From NCBI GenBank assembly GCA_001600695.1, contig BCKQ01000001.1, forward strand, positions 1,515,011 to 1,579,010: a DNA stretch of 64,000 nucleotides. Direction: 5' to 3'. The notes below the pieces were generated by a model. The model was not told the DNA's origin and made no database searches. It saw nothing but the letters and a program-made list of their open reading frames with translations. This document shows positions 1 through 11,717 of this stretch, in pieces. The position numbers and the translations under genes were made by a program. This stretch comes from Ascoidea asiatica JCM 7603. Lineage: Eukaryota > Fungi > Ascomycota. How positions within the stretch are numbered: the first letter of the stretch is position 1; every line of letters begins with the position of its first letter.

Positions 1-2153
1 TCTTTAGGTATGGGTGTTAAATCTTTCAATGTATCTCCTAATCCTGCTTTTTGATGTTGGTGTCCTTTTGGTCCATTATTATTGTTATTTTTAACATTAC
101 TAGTAGGAGTAGCAATATTACTTTTTAGGCCATTATTATTTTTATTGCCGTTGTTATTATTATTTATATTCTGATTTATATTATCATTCTTCTTTTCAAT
201 ATTTGAATTACTATTTTTAACTAGATTATTTTTACTTTCCTCATTATAATTTTGTTGATCAATATATTGATCAGGTTTCTTTTGAATGACGGAAGCTCCT
301 CTAGAAGATGATAATGAAGATGACTTGGATGATTTTTGCTCAACATCAACTTTTCTAAGCGATTGAGATGAAGGCGAATTAAATTTATCATTTGAATAAA
401 CACTAATTGGAGTTAAATCTGCTGCAGGATAATCTGGACTTGAATTAATATTGTGTTGTTCATTGGAATATTTATCTTTGTTAAATCCTGTTTTTAATTT
501 CAAACTCGGAGGAGTTGATTGTTGTTGTTTCAAGGAATTAAACTGAACTTGATTTAAACCAAATTTATCTAAGGAAGGCTTTCTAGGTAAACCAGGTTGA
601 GATTGATTTCTTGGTAAATTTTGTGGTGGTGCAGGAGCTCTTCTCATTGGAACTAAATTTCCATCATTATTTGTGTTATTAACAGGACGAGAAACATTTT
701 GATTTCTTAGGTTAGAAGGAGGTATAGGTGCTTTTCTAACAGGAGTAAAATCATCTAAAGTATCAGCTCTCTTTGGAATTTTACTTGATTTTGAGGAAGG
801 AGGTTTTGACCATTCAGTTAATTTTTCATTTAAGAAATTATTTCCATCAATTGGAGATTTTCCACCATCTAATAAATTTGGCATAACTGGAGCTTTATCA
901 TCATCTTCATTATTACTTTCAGTGAAAAATTCTAAAGCTTCTATAACAGCGGTTGGATCTTCAGACCAATCATCATCAGTAATTTTTGAAGATTTAAGTA
1001 AAGTTTTCCAAGTATCTGGTAAACCTGTTAAATTTCCTGAATTTGGATCAAAACCAACATGAACAGTATGAGTAAAATTAGTTGGACCAGAAACACCAAT
1101 TGAAGGTTTTTTAAATTGATTTGAATTATTATTATCATTAGAATTATTATTTTTAAGTTGATTTTTTTTTCTATCAATATTTGCTTTTATTGCTTTATTT
1201 ATTTCTTCAATCCATTTAATTATATCATTAGAATTTGATTTAGTTGAAATAAATAAAGATTTTTCATTTGATTTTAAAATTATTTGAAAAGAATCATTTC
1301 TTGAACCATTTTTTAAAACATCTTTAATTGAAGATAATTTTAATTCAATGAATATTAAATTATCACTATTAAAATAATCTATACCATCAATTGTACCATC
1401 ATTTGTATTTATATCTGGATTTGAAAGATTTTTAATTTGAATTGCAGGATTGATATTTGAAGTATTTGATTTTGTAATTTTATAAAAAATTAAATCAGTT
1501 TTTGTTAAAATTAAAAATTTTTTTGACCATTTTGAAAATAATAAACCATCTTCTTTAATATATATGTACCCTTGATGAATAATTGATCGACTTAATGGAC
1601 TTAAAGTAATTGTTTCACCAGTTTCTTTTGGGGTTATAGTTAAAGGATCATTAAATGATAAATTACTATTATTTAAAGTTGAATTATTTGAAGATATATT
1701 ATTTGCAAATTTTTTTGTAAAATCTGAAGAATTATTACTATTATTATTTTTATTATGGAGACTATTATTATTTACAGTTGAATCAGAATCACTAATTGTA
1801 TAATTTGAAGTTGAAAGAGTGGAATTACTATATTTACTTGATAAAGAAGATTCACTTCTTAAATTTTTTAAAGCTGGAGGTCTAATTGGAGGATTAAAAT
1901 CATTATATGAGGGTTTTTTATTTACTATTGGAGAAGATAAGTTTGTTGTTGAATTTGAACTTGAATTTGAATGATTATAAATATCATGATTTATACTAGA
2001 ATTAAAACTTGCATTAGAACTTGGATTAGAATTTGAATTAGAGTGTTTTGAAGATATAGTTGGAGAATTAATTGGAGGCATATAACCTCTTTTTGGATCT
2101 AAAGTTGAAATATAACTTGAAGAAACATTTGAATTGAATTGATCAAAAGACAT
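1..2153 (-). CDS. CLA4: PAK-family kinase Cla4, N-terminal part (PH domain + CRIB); runs off the left edge
   Basis: Not in the ORF track. Manual translation from ATG at 2153 (MSFDQFNSN...) gives a PH-like segment (HQGYIYIKEDGLLFSKWSKKFLIL) and a CRIB motif (VSGPTNFTHTVHVGFDPNSGNLTGLPDTWKTLL, ~1000-1095). PH+CRIB is the Cla4/Skm1 layout. The kinase domain lies outside the window. Confidence 0.9.
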   Translation of the reverse strand, partial: MSFDQFNSNVSSSYISTLDPKRGYMPPINSPTISSKHSNSNSNPSSNASFNSSINHDIYNHSNSSSNSTTNLSSPIVNKKPSYNDFNPPIRPPALKNLRSESSLSSKYSNSTLSTSNYTISDSDSTVNNNSLHNKNNNSNNSSDFTKKFANNISSNNSTLNNSNLSFNDPLTITPKETGETITLSPLSRSIIHQGYIYIKEDGLLFSKWSKKFLILTKTDLIFYKITKSNTSNINPAIQIKNLSNPDINTNDGTIDGIDYFNSDNLIFIELKLSSIKDVLKNGSRNDSFQIILKSNEKSLFISTKSNSNDIIKWIEEINKAIKANIDRKKNQLKNNNSNDNNNSNQFKKPSIGVSGPTNFTHTVHVGFDPNSGNLTGLPDTWKTLLKSSKITDDDWSEDPTAVIEALEFFTESNNEDDDKAPVMPNLLDGGKSPIDGNNFLNEKLTEWSKPPSSKSSKIPKRADTLDDFTPVRKAPIPPSNLRNQNVSRPVNNTNNDGNLVPMRRAPAPPQNLPRNQSQPGLPRKPSLDKFGLNQVQFNSLKQQQSTPPSLKLKTGFNKDKYSNEQHNINSSPDYPAADLTPISVYSNDKFNSPSSQSLRKVDVEQKSSKSSSLSSSRGASVIQKKPDQYIDQQNYNEESKNNLVKNSNSNIEKKNDNINQNINNNNNGNKNNNGLKSNIATPTSNVKNNNNNGPKGHQHQKAGLGDTLKDLTPIPK

Positions 2154-3223
2154 TATTAGAAAAAAAAGTTATAAATATAGAGTTTGATAATTAAGCGCTA
2201 TGACTTAATTATAGATTGATAAATATTATATTTTTTTCAATTTGTAGTAGGAAAAAATAAAAGAAAACTAAAATTAAAGGAAATCTGAGCTTTCTATAAT
2301 GATTTTCAAAAACTAAATATAGAGGAATGAAAATAAATTGAAATTGGAAATGATTGAATTGAGTAATAAGAACAGAAAGATGATTTTATTTGATTGAAGT
2401 ATTATATTTTTCAATTATTTCAGTAATTTGAAAATATAAGATAAGATATAATAACTCTGTAATCAATTGCGAACATATGATAATTCAAGATTTAATAGTT
2501 AATGAAAAATGTGAATAATATCCAAGTCTATGATAGATTTTTGAATTGAATTCAGTCTGTTTGTAGTTTGAGAAAAATGAAAAAAATAAAATAATTTAAA
2601 AATGATTGATACTATTGACGTTTCCTTCAGTTTTTCAAAGATGTAATAATTTTTTTTTCAATATATTTATAAAATAATTGACTCAAATTTAAAATTAAAT
2701 TTTGTAACTGAAAATAAAAATTAAGTTAATGCTTATGATGGTAATAAAAAAAAGAATCTTTATTTTAATGGAATCTAAATTTAAAAAAGAAAAATTCTCA
2801 TTATTCTTCCAAACCAGAAATTATAGAATGAGGAAATGTTATTGGTAATTGGATGTCCTGTGCTCGTTGGCTGTGGTAAACTTGGTAAATTTGGTGAACT
2901 TGATGGGCTTGGGTCTTATCTCATACCAAAGAAAAGTTCAAGAATGAATTGATCCCTAGATTATCTCTCTGCTTCCTTTATTTCCAAACATATCAGACAT
3001 CTTTTGGGACTCGACGTTTCAACGTCCCTTGGAATATTTCACATTTTAGTTTACAGTTGATTTCTGAGCTTTTGAACATTTGTTGTTCTGAATGGAAATT
3101 ACAAACAACTTCCACATTTTCCATATTTTCCTATTTTCAGTCTCCACGAATTTTCATGTTTTGCTGCTTGGTGGCTCATTGCTGCCGAATGCGCGGAACC
3201 GCAGTCTCAGCAAACTATGCGGC

Positions 3224-3229
3224 ACGCGT
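3224..3229. promoter_or_regulatory. MCB-like element ACGCGT in the CLA4/TPO5 divergent promoter
   Basis: ACGCGT at 3224-3229 with a second ACGCG at 3242, in a locally GC-rich patch. Confidence 0.4.
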
Positions 3230-3272
3230 CCATAAGCAAAAACGCGCAAAGGAACAAGCCTAGAGGTGTATA

Positions 3273-3896
3273 TTACGTAATCATATTATTTGAACCAATA
3301 TTCATTTTTTCGGTAATGCAGCGGAGGGTGCTTTCCCGCAATAGCTTTTTGAACCTTTAAAAATATCGAAGCTTTTCATTTCCTGTTTCTAAACCACAAA
3401 GAAAAATACTTCTTTTGCTTTGTTTGATGTTTGCTATTAATCTAGAATAAACAACTTGTTGGATAATATATGGTTCCATATTAAGAAAAGAAAGATAAAT
3501 TATCCCCCAAGGTTTTATTTAATGATTTAACTTCATAATAAATGAGGTTTTGGATGTGGAGTTTTAATATATTTTGAAATTGTTTGTTGAGATTATTGTA
3601 AAGTTCTTTTTTTGATTTGTTTTGATTTGAATATTACTAGATATTTAAAACTACCATAATTCTTGATGTATATCTCTAAATCCCAGAGTTTTCTTCAAAA
3701 TCTCTAATTATTCTTTAATTACTGCACATAAATATATGAAAATAATTTTAATGATGAAATAAAATGTAAAAGAAAAAAGCACCTTTGTCTTTCAGAATTT
3801 TAGTAAATTTCAAATTACGGATTCTTTTCACAAGCAACTTCCCTATTTTTGCAGGGTAACTTGTCTGCTCTTTTCATCAGCCATGTTACGTAATCA
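3273..3896. promoter_or_regulatory. Two bZIP (Yap/CRE-type) sites TTACGTAATCA upstream of the permease
   Basis: Identical 11-mers starting at 3273 and 3886; core palindrome TTACGTAA. Confidence 0.45.
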
Positions 3897-4230
3897 ATGT
3901 CCCAATTGTTAACATATTCTGTAAATTTAACTTTTTGAAGGCATTTTTGATAATTATTAGAATTTTGAGCTCAATATTTAGTTTAACTAAAGCTTTAATC
4001 AATGTAAAGTAAATTGAGTAAAAATAAAGAAAAGAATTATGTTTTGAAAATTTGGTTCAAAGCTAATAATTTTAATTTAATGGTAAATATTCATGAACTC
4101 TAGAATTTAATCTATCCAATCCATTCAAGAACAGAATAAAAAAAAGGTTATTCCTTTGCTAAAAATAATTTTTTTTTTCGGTTTTTGCTAGAAAAACTGG
4201 GGATTGAAAGGTGTACAATAATCACCAATT

Positions 4231-6309
4231 ATGGCTAATACATCCTATAACCCATTAAACACAAATCAAAATAATGATAGTGAGGAAATTGAAGTTGGAC
4301 ATTTTCGTTATCATCAAGATCTTGATCGAAAATTAACTCTAAGTTCTCTTTTGGGTCTTGCATTTTCTGTTATGAGTGTTCCTCTTGGAATTTCAACTCA
4401 GATGTACAATGGTTTAATTGACGGGGGTGCAGTAACAATATTATATGGTTGGATAATTTGCACTTTTTTTTCTTTTATTGTTTCTTTGTCACTTGGTGAA
4501 ATGTCCGGAAAGTATCCTTCTGCTGGAGGAATTTATCATTGGTCTTATATTTTTGCTAGTGAGAAATACAATTTATTATGCTCATTTTTTTGTGGTTGGT
4601 TACTATTAATTGGAAATTGGTTAATGTCATTATCAATTCTTTTTTCAGGATCCCAATTTCTCTTATCTATATTTGGAATTGCAGATACGACTTATCATCC
4701 TCATAGTTATGTCACTTTATTAGTATTTTGGATTTTAGTATTATTATGTGGTTTAATAAATTTGAAATTCCCAAAGTATTTGGATATAATCAATAGAGTT
4801 TGTATATTTTGGACGATATACACTGTTCTCATAATAGATATTTTGCTATTATTTTTTGCTCCAACTTTTCATAATTTCAAATATGTTTTTACAGAATTCG
4901 ATTCGACAAGATCTGGATGGCCTGCTCCAATTGCTTTTATTGTGGGTCTTCAACAAGGTGCTTTTACATTACAAGGATTTAATTTAATTCCAACAATGGC
5001 AGATGAAGTAAAAGAACCTGAAAAAAATGTTACAAAAGGTATGATTTTCTCTGTAATTGTTGCAGGTATAACTGGTTTAATATTTATAATTCCAATAATT
5101 TTCATATTACCTGAATTAACTTTACTTTTAGATGATGAATCAAATATTTTACCAATTGAATTAGTGTTCAAAATATCTTCCAATTCATTAATAATATCTT
5201 TTTTACTTGTAATTTTATTATCGGGAACGATTTTATTTGGTGGTATAAGTATTTTTACAGTTGCCTCAAGATCTGTTTATTCATTATCAAGAGATAATGG
5301 ATTACCTTTTTCTGAATTATGGACAAAAGTTTCACCAGATAAAGATAAAAATACAATACCTAATAATGCTATATATCTAACAACTGTTGTTTTGTTTTTA
5401 GCAGGTTTTTTATCCTTGATATCTCCTTCAGCATTTGGAGCATTTGTTGGATCTGCAGTTGTTTGTTTATCTAGTTGTAATATAATTCCAATAATTTCAT
5501 CTGTATTAAATAAAAGGAAAAAACTTAAAGGTAGTTTTTTCAGATTAAGATCATTTGGATATATTGTAAATATAATTTCAGTTTGCTGGTCATTATTACT
5601 TCTTTTTGTATTTTCCTGTCCTCCAAAGATTCCAGTTACTCCATTAACAATGAATTATTCAAGTGTCTTTTTTGTAGCGAATTTATTGTTAATTTCATTA
5701 CTTTATTTATTTTATGGTAGAAAACATTTTCATGGTCCATTAATTGAACTAAAAGAAAATGAAATTAATCAAACTGCAAATGAATACAATCATATTGGTA
5801 ATAATACATCGGAAGAAGATTCAATCATATTTGAAGCTCCTATAGAAAATAGAATTGAAAATCCATTTGAACAAACAAATGAAAATGTATCAGATAGTCA
5901 TAGAGATAATATACCATTACAAAATATTTCATTATCCACTATACCCGAAATACCCTCTTCACCTATAAGTATTCAATTAGAAAATGAATTTGATAGTGAT
6001 ATAGAAAGTGTATTAAGTATAGATAGTGATTTTGATAATCCAATACCAAATAATGATGATAATTCAACTTCACTAAAAAACAGATCAGCTAAATCAATCA
6101 ATGATTCTTCAAAAATACTGAAAAGTAGTTCAAAGACCAATATTCTTACTGATTTTAATAATAAATCAAATAATTTAGGCTATAAAATAGGGTCACCAGA
6201 TTCTGAAACAGGAAATGAATCATCCTTTGTTTACATTAGTTCAGGATCTAATGTACATATACCTTTGGTAAATAACAATTTTTCAAATAATTTAAAGGAA
6301 AAGAAATGA
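4231..6309 (+). CDS. TPO5: APC-superfamily amino acid/polyamine permease (Tpo5/Uga4 type)
   Basis: About 12 hydrophobic segments; motifs EMSGKYPSAGGIYHWS and ASRSVYSLSRDNGLPFS; acidic C-terminal tail. Family is clear; orthology to TPO5 is less certain. Confidence 0.75.
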   Translation: MANTSYNPLNTNQNNDSEEIEVGHFRYHQDLDRKLTLSSLLGLAFSVMSVPLGISTQMYNGLIDGGAVTILYGWIICTFFSFIVSLSLGEMSGKYPSAGGIYHWSYIFASEKYNLLCSFFCGWLLLIGNWLMSLSILFSGSQFLLSIFGIADTTYHPHSYVTLLVFWILVLLCGLINLKFPKYLDIINRVCIFWTIYTVLIIDILLLFFAPTFHNFKYVFTEFDSTRSGWPAPIAFIVGLQQGAFTLQGFNLIPTMADEVKEPEKNVTKGMIFSVIVAGITGLIFIIPIIFILPELTLLLDDESNILPIELVFKISSNSLIISFLLVILLSGTILFGGISIFTVASRSVYSLSRDNGLPFSELWTKVSPDKDKNTIPNNAIYLTTVVLFLAGFLSLISPSAFGAFVGSAVVCLSSCNIIPIISSVLNKRKKLKGSFFRLRSFGYIVNIISVCWSLLLLFVFSCPPKIPVTPLTMNYSSVFFVANLLLISLLYLFYGRKHFHGPLIELKENEINQTANEYNHIGNNTSEEDSIIFEAPIENRIENPFEQTNENVSDSHRDNIPLQNISLSTIPEIPSSPISIQLENEFDSDIESVLSIDSDFDNPIPNNDDNSTSLKNRSAKSINDSSKILKSSSKTNILTDFNNKSNNLGYKIGSPDSETGNESSFVYISSGSNVHIPLVNNNFSNNLKEKK

Positions 6310-7033
6310 TGATAATATTCAGCTAATTAAACCAATATTACAATGAGTTTAAGGAAGTAGCTGTTTTTCATTTTCAGTCAGCTATTCACACTTGTAATAT
6401 GAACAATAATCAAAAATATACTTCAAACCCATAACTCACAGGATGAAGTTGAATACCAAAAACAAAAAAATTTCAAAAGAAAATAAATCAAGGGAAAGTT
6501 AATTAGCTCATATTTTGTTTTGTTGTAAATATATTTTGTAAAATTTTGTTTTTTAACCTTTTTTTAATAATTTCTTAAATTCTCTCGCTGAAGAATTCAA
6601 CACTCGGATTATATTCTATTATTTGTACCTTTAATATTTTATTTATTCATGAATAAAAGACTTTTTTCTAGAAAACTGTATTTTTTATAAATGATTGTAA
6701 GTTAAAGATGTTACAGTTACCGGTTAGCGGATAAGAATTTCTAGGCATTATTGACTTCTTAGATCGATTGATGGCAAATTCATCCAACATTTATTGAAAT
6801 AAATTTAAACAGGGTAACCATTTACTCTACTGAAAATATTTTTAGAAAGTATTATTTAAAAAATATTAAAACTAAGCAGTAGCGGCATTGAATTAAATAT
6901 ACTGTATTAAACAATTATAACTATTTTTTTAACAATTAATATTATCAAAATAATCTATAATATCAAAAATAATTATAGTATAGTAATAGCTTAATAGTTA
7001 ATAGACTTTGTAATTATTTAAATATATTTAAAG

Positions 7034-7945
7034 ATGTCTGAAAGAAAAGGTGTACAGAAATATTATCCTGCAGATTTTAATCCGCAAGATGTTCGAAAAA
7101 TGAGTAAAAAATTAAAACTAAAACAAAAAAAAGATAAAGATAATAAATTTCAAGTTCAAACTGTTAGATTAATGGTTCCATTTACTATGAGTTGCTTAAA
7201 ATGTAAAGAATTTATACATAAAGGTAAAAAATTTAATGCCAAAAAAATTTCAACTGATAAAACATATCTTAATATAAAAATAATTCAATTACAAATAAGA
7301 TGTCCAGTATGTAATAATGAAATACGATATAGAACAGACCCTAAAAGTGCTTTTTACATAATGGAATCTGGTGCAGAAAGAAATTACATTCCAACTAATA
7401 ATACTAGTGAAGTTTTCAAAAGTGAAACAATGGAAGAAACTTTAGAGAGATTAGAAAAAGAAGAGAAAGAAGAAGAAGAAAGAAAAAAAGAATTGAAAGA
7501 AAAAGGAATAAACGGTGTAAGTATCAATAAAAATAAAGCAGTTGAAAAACTTCAAGAAAAATTAAAATTAAATGAAGAAATAGAAAAAAATCAAAATGAT
7601 TTAAATGATATTTTACAAGAAAATAAGAAAAGAGAGGATAACATTAATTTAAATAAAGTGAATTTGGACTTAAAAGAAAAAAAAGAAGAAAACTTAAAGA
7701 ATTTAGATAAATTTGATGATTTATATACAAAAAAAATGTTTGAGAAAAAAAAAATTGATTTTGGGAAATTTGAAGATTTTAAAACTAAATCGATTTCAAA
7801 AAATGGTTCTACGATGAATAATTCCTTCTCAAACACTATCCCAAAATCATTTCCTAATAAACCAAAACAAGAAATTTCGAAAACAGTGATTGGTATGAAG
7901 ATTAAAAAGAAATTTACACTTAAAAAAAGAACCAAAATGTTATGA
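7034..7945 (+). CDS. YJU2: Splicing factor Yju2/Cwc16
   Basis: MSERKGVQKYYP start, VRLMVPFTMSCLKC..KGKKFNA and CPVC..RTDPK zinc-knuckle motifs. Confidence 0.95.
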   Translation: MSERKGVQKYYPADFNPQDVRKMSKKLKLKQKKDKDNKFQVQTVRLMVPFTMSCLKCKEFIHKGKKFNAKKISTDKTYLNIKIIQLQIRCPVCNNEIRYRTDPKSAFYIMESGAERNYIPTNNTSEVFKSETMEETLERLEKEEKEEEERKKELKEKGINGVSINKNKAVEKLQEKLKLNEEIEKNQNDLNDILQENKKREDNINLNKVNLDLKEKKEENLKNLDKFDDLYTKKMFEKKKIDFGKFEDFKTKSISKNGSTMNNSFSNTIPKSFPNKPKQEISKTVIGMKIKKKFTLKKRTKML

Positions 7946-9480
7946 ATCTAACAGTCGAGGAAGAAGAACAAATTCAAATTCAAATTTAAATTCAAAAGCA
8001 CCAATTTCTACTTCTTTCGATTATCTTGCATCTTTTGCTTCTCCTGAGCTCATCTCAAATACACTTAAAACTTCAAGCTTGTTTTTTTTTTTGCTTTCCT
8101 TCTAAACACTCTCACTCAAATTTCTTTCATTCATTAACCGCCGATTCAATCTCACTTCTATTTTATTCAATATTCTTAAAAGATAACAATATTAAAAGTA
8201 ATGGCAAGTAATAAGATAAATATCAATTAAGATACTATAAATAATTTAAATCATTTAAATAATATTCTGGCGGTTATTACTATACTCAAATTCAGGTTTT
8301 TCAAGTGTTTTAGAAGTATTTGTACTCAGTTTTTCACTTTGTTTCGTTTTCAAATTTGTAAAATTTTCTTTGTCATTTCTTCTGCATAAATATTTTGGTA
8401 GATTTTTTCTTACATTCATGGTTCTTTTCTTTGACATTCCTTTCATTAAAAGAATATCTATTTTTCGAATTAAACAATTTTTCTGATTTAGTTTGGCTTT
8501 TTTTCAATTTGAGTTATACTTTTTATTATTTGGCATTATAATATTAACTTTCTTTCTTTCTGTAGATAATTGTTTTAATTCTTTATTACGTGTTTTCAGT
8601 CACTTTTTATTAGCCAAGGTAGATTTTTTAGATTTTTCTGGAATATTTATGTTTAACTAAAGGGATAAAATGATAAAAATGTGCATGACTTATACGAGTT
8701 GTAGTTGAAGTTAGAATGGAATAAAAAAGCCAAGATTTAAATTGGAAGAATAGAGAAGTCTCTTGATTTATTAAATTTGAATATAAAGAGATAATTTTTA
8801 AGAAACTTTTGAATAAATGTAAGTTATTTAAATTTAATAGATTTGTAGATAAATGAAACAATTCAGGTTTAAATAAAAATCAGAAATTTTTTGAATAATA
8901 AAAATTAAATTTCCATTGAATTGAATTATTTATTAAAGAATTTATAAAGCTATAATTAAGTTCTAAGTTATTAATATTTAAAAATCTAAAGGTCTAAGAA
9001 ATAAAGTTTTTAATAAAAACATATAAATGATTGAATTAAATTCAAACTTTGATACATATAATATGATTGTTCTAAATTGAAATAAATAAAACTTATTAAA
9101 TATTAAAGGAACATTTAATGAATCATTATTATCTGAAAAATCATGCTGTGATTTAGATTTCTAAGGCTCATTGAATTAATGAAAATATTTAGAAAACTTT
9201 AAAGGAGTTTTAAAATTAGATAAATCAGTCAATAGATCATTATTAAAAATTCCGATAATTGTTAATAGTTTGATTATGTCATATGAATTAAATTAATTTT
9301 ATTGTTTTGGGGATTAAAGTTAGGATTATTCAAGAAAGTATTAAATCTAAGTACTATTTGTTTGTCATTATAATATCTTCTAAAGATAAAATATAACTCA
9401 TAACTTAAAAAATTTTTAATTGTTAACTTAATTAAAACTAAGTTTAAAGAAAAAATGATTGAATTTAAAAAATGAAACAT
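7946..9480 (-). pseudogene. Possible decayed gene of unknown family
   Basis: Three collinear minus-strand ORF fragments (9274-9480, 8628-8861, 8255-8446). The last frame continues through scattered stops and a hydrophobic stretch down to ~7946. No recognisable homology. Confidence 0.3.
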
Positions 9481-10178
9481 CCTTATATATTTTTTATCAG
9501 AATAATGAATATCATACCCATTTTTAATTCTTTTTTTATGAAATTTGGACTATTTAGTATTACTAAAAATTAGGAAATAATAATCATCATGAGACAAAAT
9601 TGGATTTTTATTGATTGAAATTAAATTATTAGAAAAAAATTTCTGTATCATTGATTATTAAATCTTTTATTTTTTTTTAAACTATTGTCTTGATTATTAT
9701 TTGTCTTGATTAAATTTAGAAAAAAAAGATTCATTTTTTGTTAATAATTTTTCTGTTGTCGTATTTTTGTAGGTCTTAAAATATTAAAAAATGATCTAGA
9801 TTATTTAAATCATTATTATTTGAATTGAAATGTTGAGTGGAATCTCTTTTCGATGAAACTGATAATGAAATTGATATTGAAGTTGAATGTGAACTATGCT
9901 GATTGAGAGTAAATTTACTTGTAAATTTGAATCAAAATATATTTTTATGCCTTAGGCACGTGTAGTTATATAATATTTTGTTTTTTTTACATTACCTTTC
10001 TTGTTTTTACGTTACCGGCATTTTTCATTCTTTTAATTATTGGTATTAATTTTGTTATTTGAAAAACTTCAGAATTTTAGTTCTGTACTTCAAGATTTCA
10101 AGCTTTCGAAATATTCGATTTCATAAACACAATTAGTTTGCTGGATTTGTGTTGATTAACTAATAAACATCTTTAGAA

Positions 10179-11213
10179 ATGCAGAGATATTTGACCAAAA
10201 CACCATTAGCTCTTACAAGTTTGGCCAAGGTTTCACCATATGCTACTAGAATTTTAGTATATTCTGGAGGTCAAAATAGAAGATGTTATTCCGTACAAAA
10301 TCAACCCAAACAAGTTGAAACCAACAAAGTAACAGAAACAAATCGTCTTGAAAAGACTGCAACAAAATTTTGGGAGAAAGTTTCTATAAAAGAAGAATTA
10401 GATTCCAGAACTAATTCTAAAATTATTTTAATTCAATTAGATAATAAGCCTATTAGAACTCCTATGGGTAATCATTTATTCGTTCCAATATACAAAAAAT
10501 TATTGGCTCATTTAATAGTAAATGAATGGAAAAGATTGCCAAATTTAAATATAAAGCCATTTCAATTACCTTTAACAAGTGTTGTTTCAAGAGGTGTAGA
10601 TTTATTAACTGCTGAATTGAGTGAAGATGAAGAACTTACTGCAAAACTTGGAACAAGAGAAGATATAGCTCTAGATTTGTTAAGATATTTGGATACCGAT
10701 ACTTTATTAGTTTTTTCTCCTTATCATGAATTCGAAGGAGCTTTAAGAAAAGAACAAGAAGAGTTATATAGACCTTTAATCAAAGGAGCAGAGGAATTAT
10801 TTTCTCAATACTCTGAAACTCCTATAATACTAAACTATTTAGATTCAGAGACTGATGGAATTAGAGGAAATAATCAGAGTATAGAAACAAAGAAAGCAGT
10901 TCTAGAATATTTGAATTCTCTTTCAATATGGGAATTTGTTGCCTTAGAAAAAGCTGTATTAGCATCCAAATCATTTTTATGTGGAGTTGCAGTTGTAAGA
11001 TTGATGAATGCAGAAAGTTCTTTAGCAGGTGTTAAAAAACCATTAAAGAATAGTGTTGTTTATGATGTTGAAAAAATTGCAAGAGCTTGCACTTTGGAAG
11101 TCATACATCAAACTAATAGATGGGGAGAAGTAGAAGATACTCATGATGTTGACAAAGTTGATATAAGAAGAAATTTAAGTTCTGCTTCTTTAATTGCCTT
11201 TAATCCTTCTTAA
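10179..11213 (+). CDS. ATP12: Mitochondrial F1-ATPase assembly chaperone Atp12
   Basis: KFWEKVS, LDNKPIRTPMG, LRYLDTDT and WGEVEDTHDVD motifs; basic presequence. Confidence 0.97.
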   Translation: MQRYLTKTPLALTSLAKVSPYATRILVYSGGQNRRCYSVQNQPKQVETNKVTETNRLEKTATKFWEKVSIKEELDSRTNSKIILIQLDNKPIRTPMGNHLFVPIYKKLLAHLIVNEWKRLPNLNIKPFQLPLTSVVSRGVDLLTAELSEDEELTAKLGTREDIALDLLRYLDTDTLLVFSPYHEFEGALRKEQEELYRPLIKGAEELFSQYSETPIILNYLDSETDGIRGNNQSIETKKAVLEYLNSLSIWEFVALEKAVLASKSFLCGVAVVRLMNAESSLAGVKKPLKNSVVYDVEKIARACTLEVIHQTNRWGEVEDTHDVDKVDIRRNLSSASLIAFNPS

Positions 11214-11717
11214 TCTTTAACTTTTCAAATTTTCTCGTTAAAAACTTGTATATAAATAAATTGAAATTAAATAGATAAAAGAACATGAATTTATATCTCA
11301 ATATTTGGTCTTTATGTATTTTGAAAGTCAAGAAACGTAAATTACTTGAATCAATCTCTTTTATTCTTGTCAATAATTCAAAATTTATTACTAGTTTTGC
11401 TTTAACTGTTGGTAACTTTGTTTTTAAATCCTCACATCCTTAAACTGCAGTAATTGCAGACAGAACGTTACCGTTAGGGCTAAAGCATTAAAACATTAAA
11501 ATAACTAAAATCAGATTATGTAATTAAATATGGAATATGACATAATCGCTTATAAGTAAAAACTCAGAAAGTTGAAACTTGTCAATTGAAAAGACACCAA
11601 GTATCAAAATACTGAAATAGTTTCAATTGAAGAATAATCTTTTGAGGTGTGTATTTGATATATTCAAAAAAAATAATTCAAAGCATTTTATAATAAGTTG
11701 AAATTATAAATATAAAG

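Noticed and set aside
2949-3263. 104-aa ORF in the CLA4/TPO5 spacer
   Set aside because: TTG start, no recognisable domain, overlaps promoter motifs.
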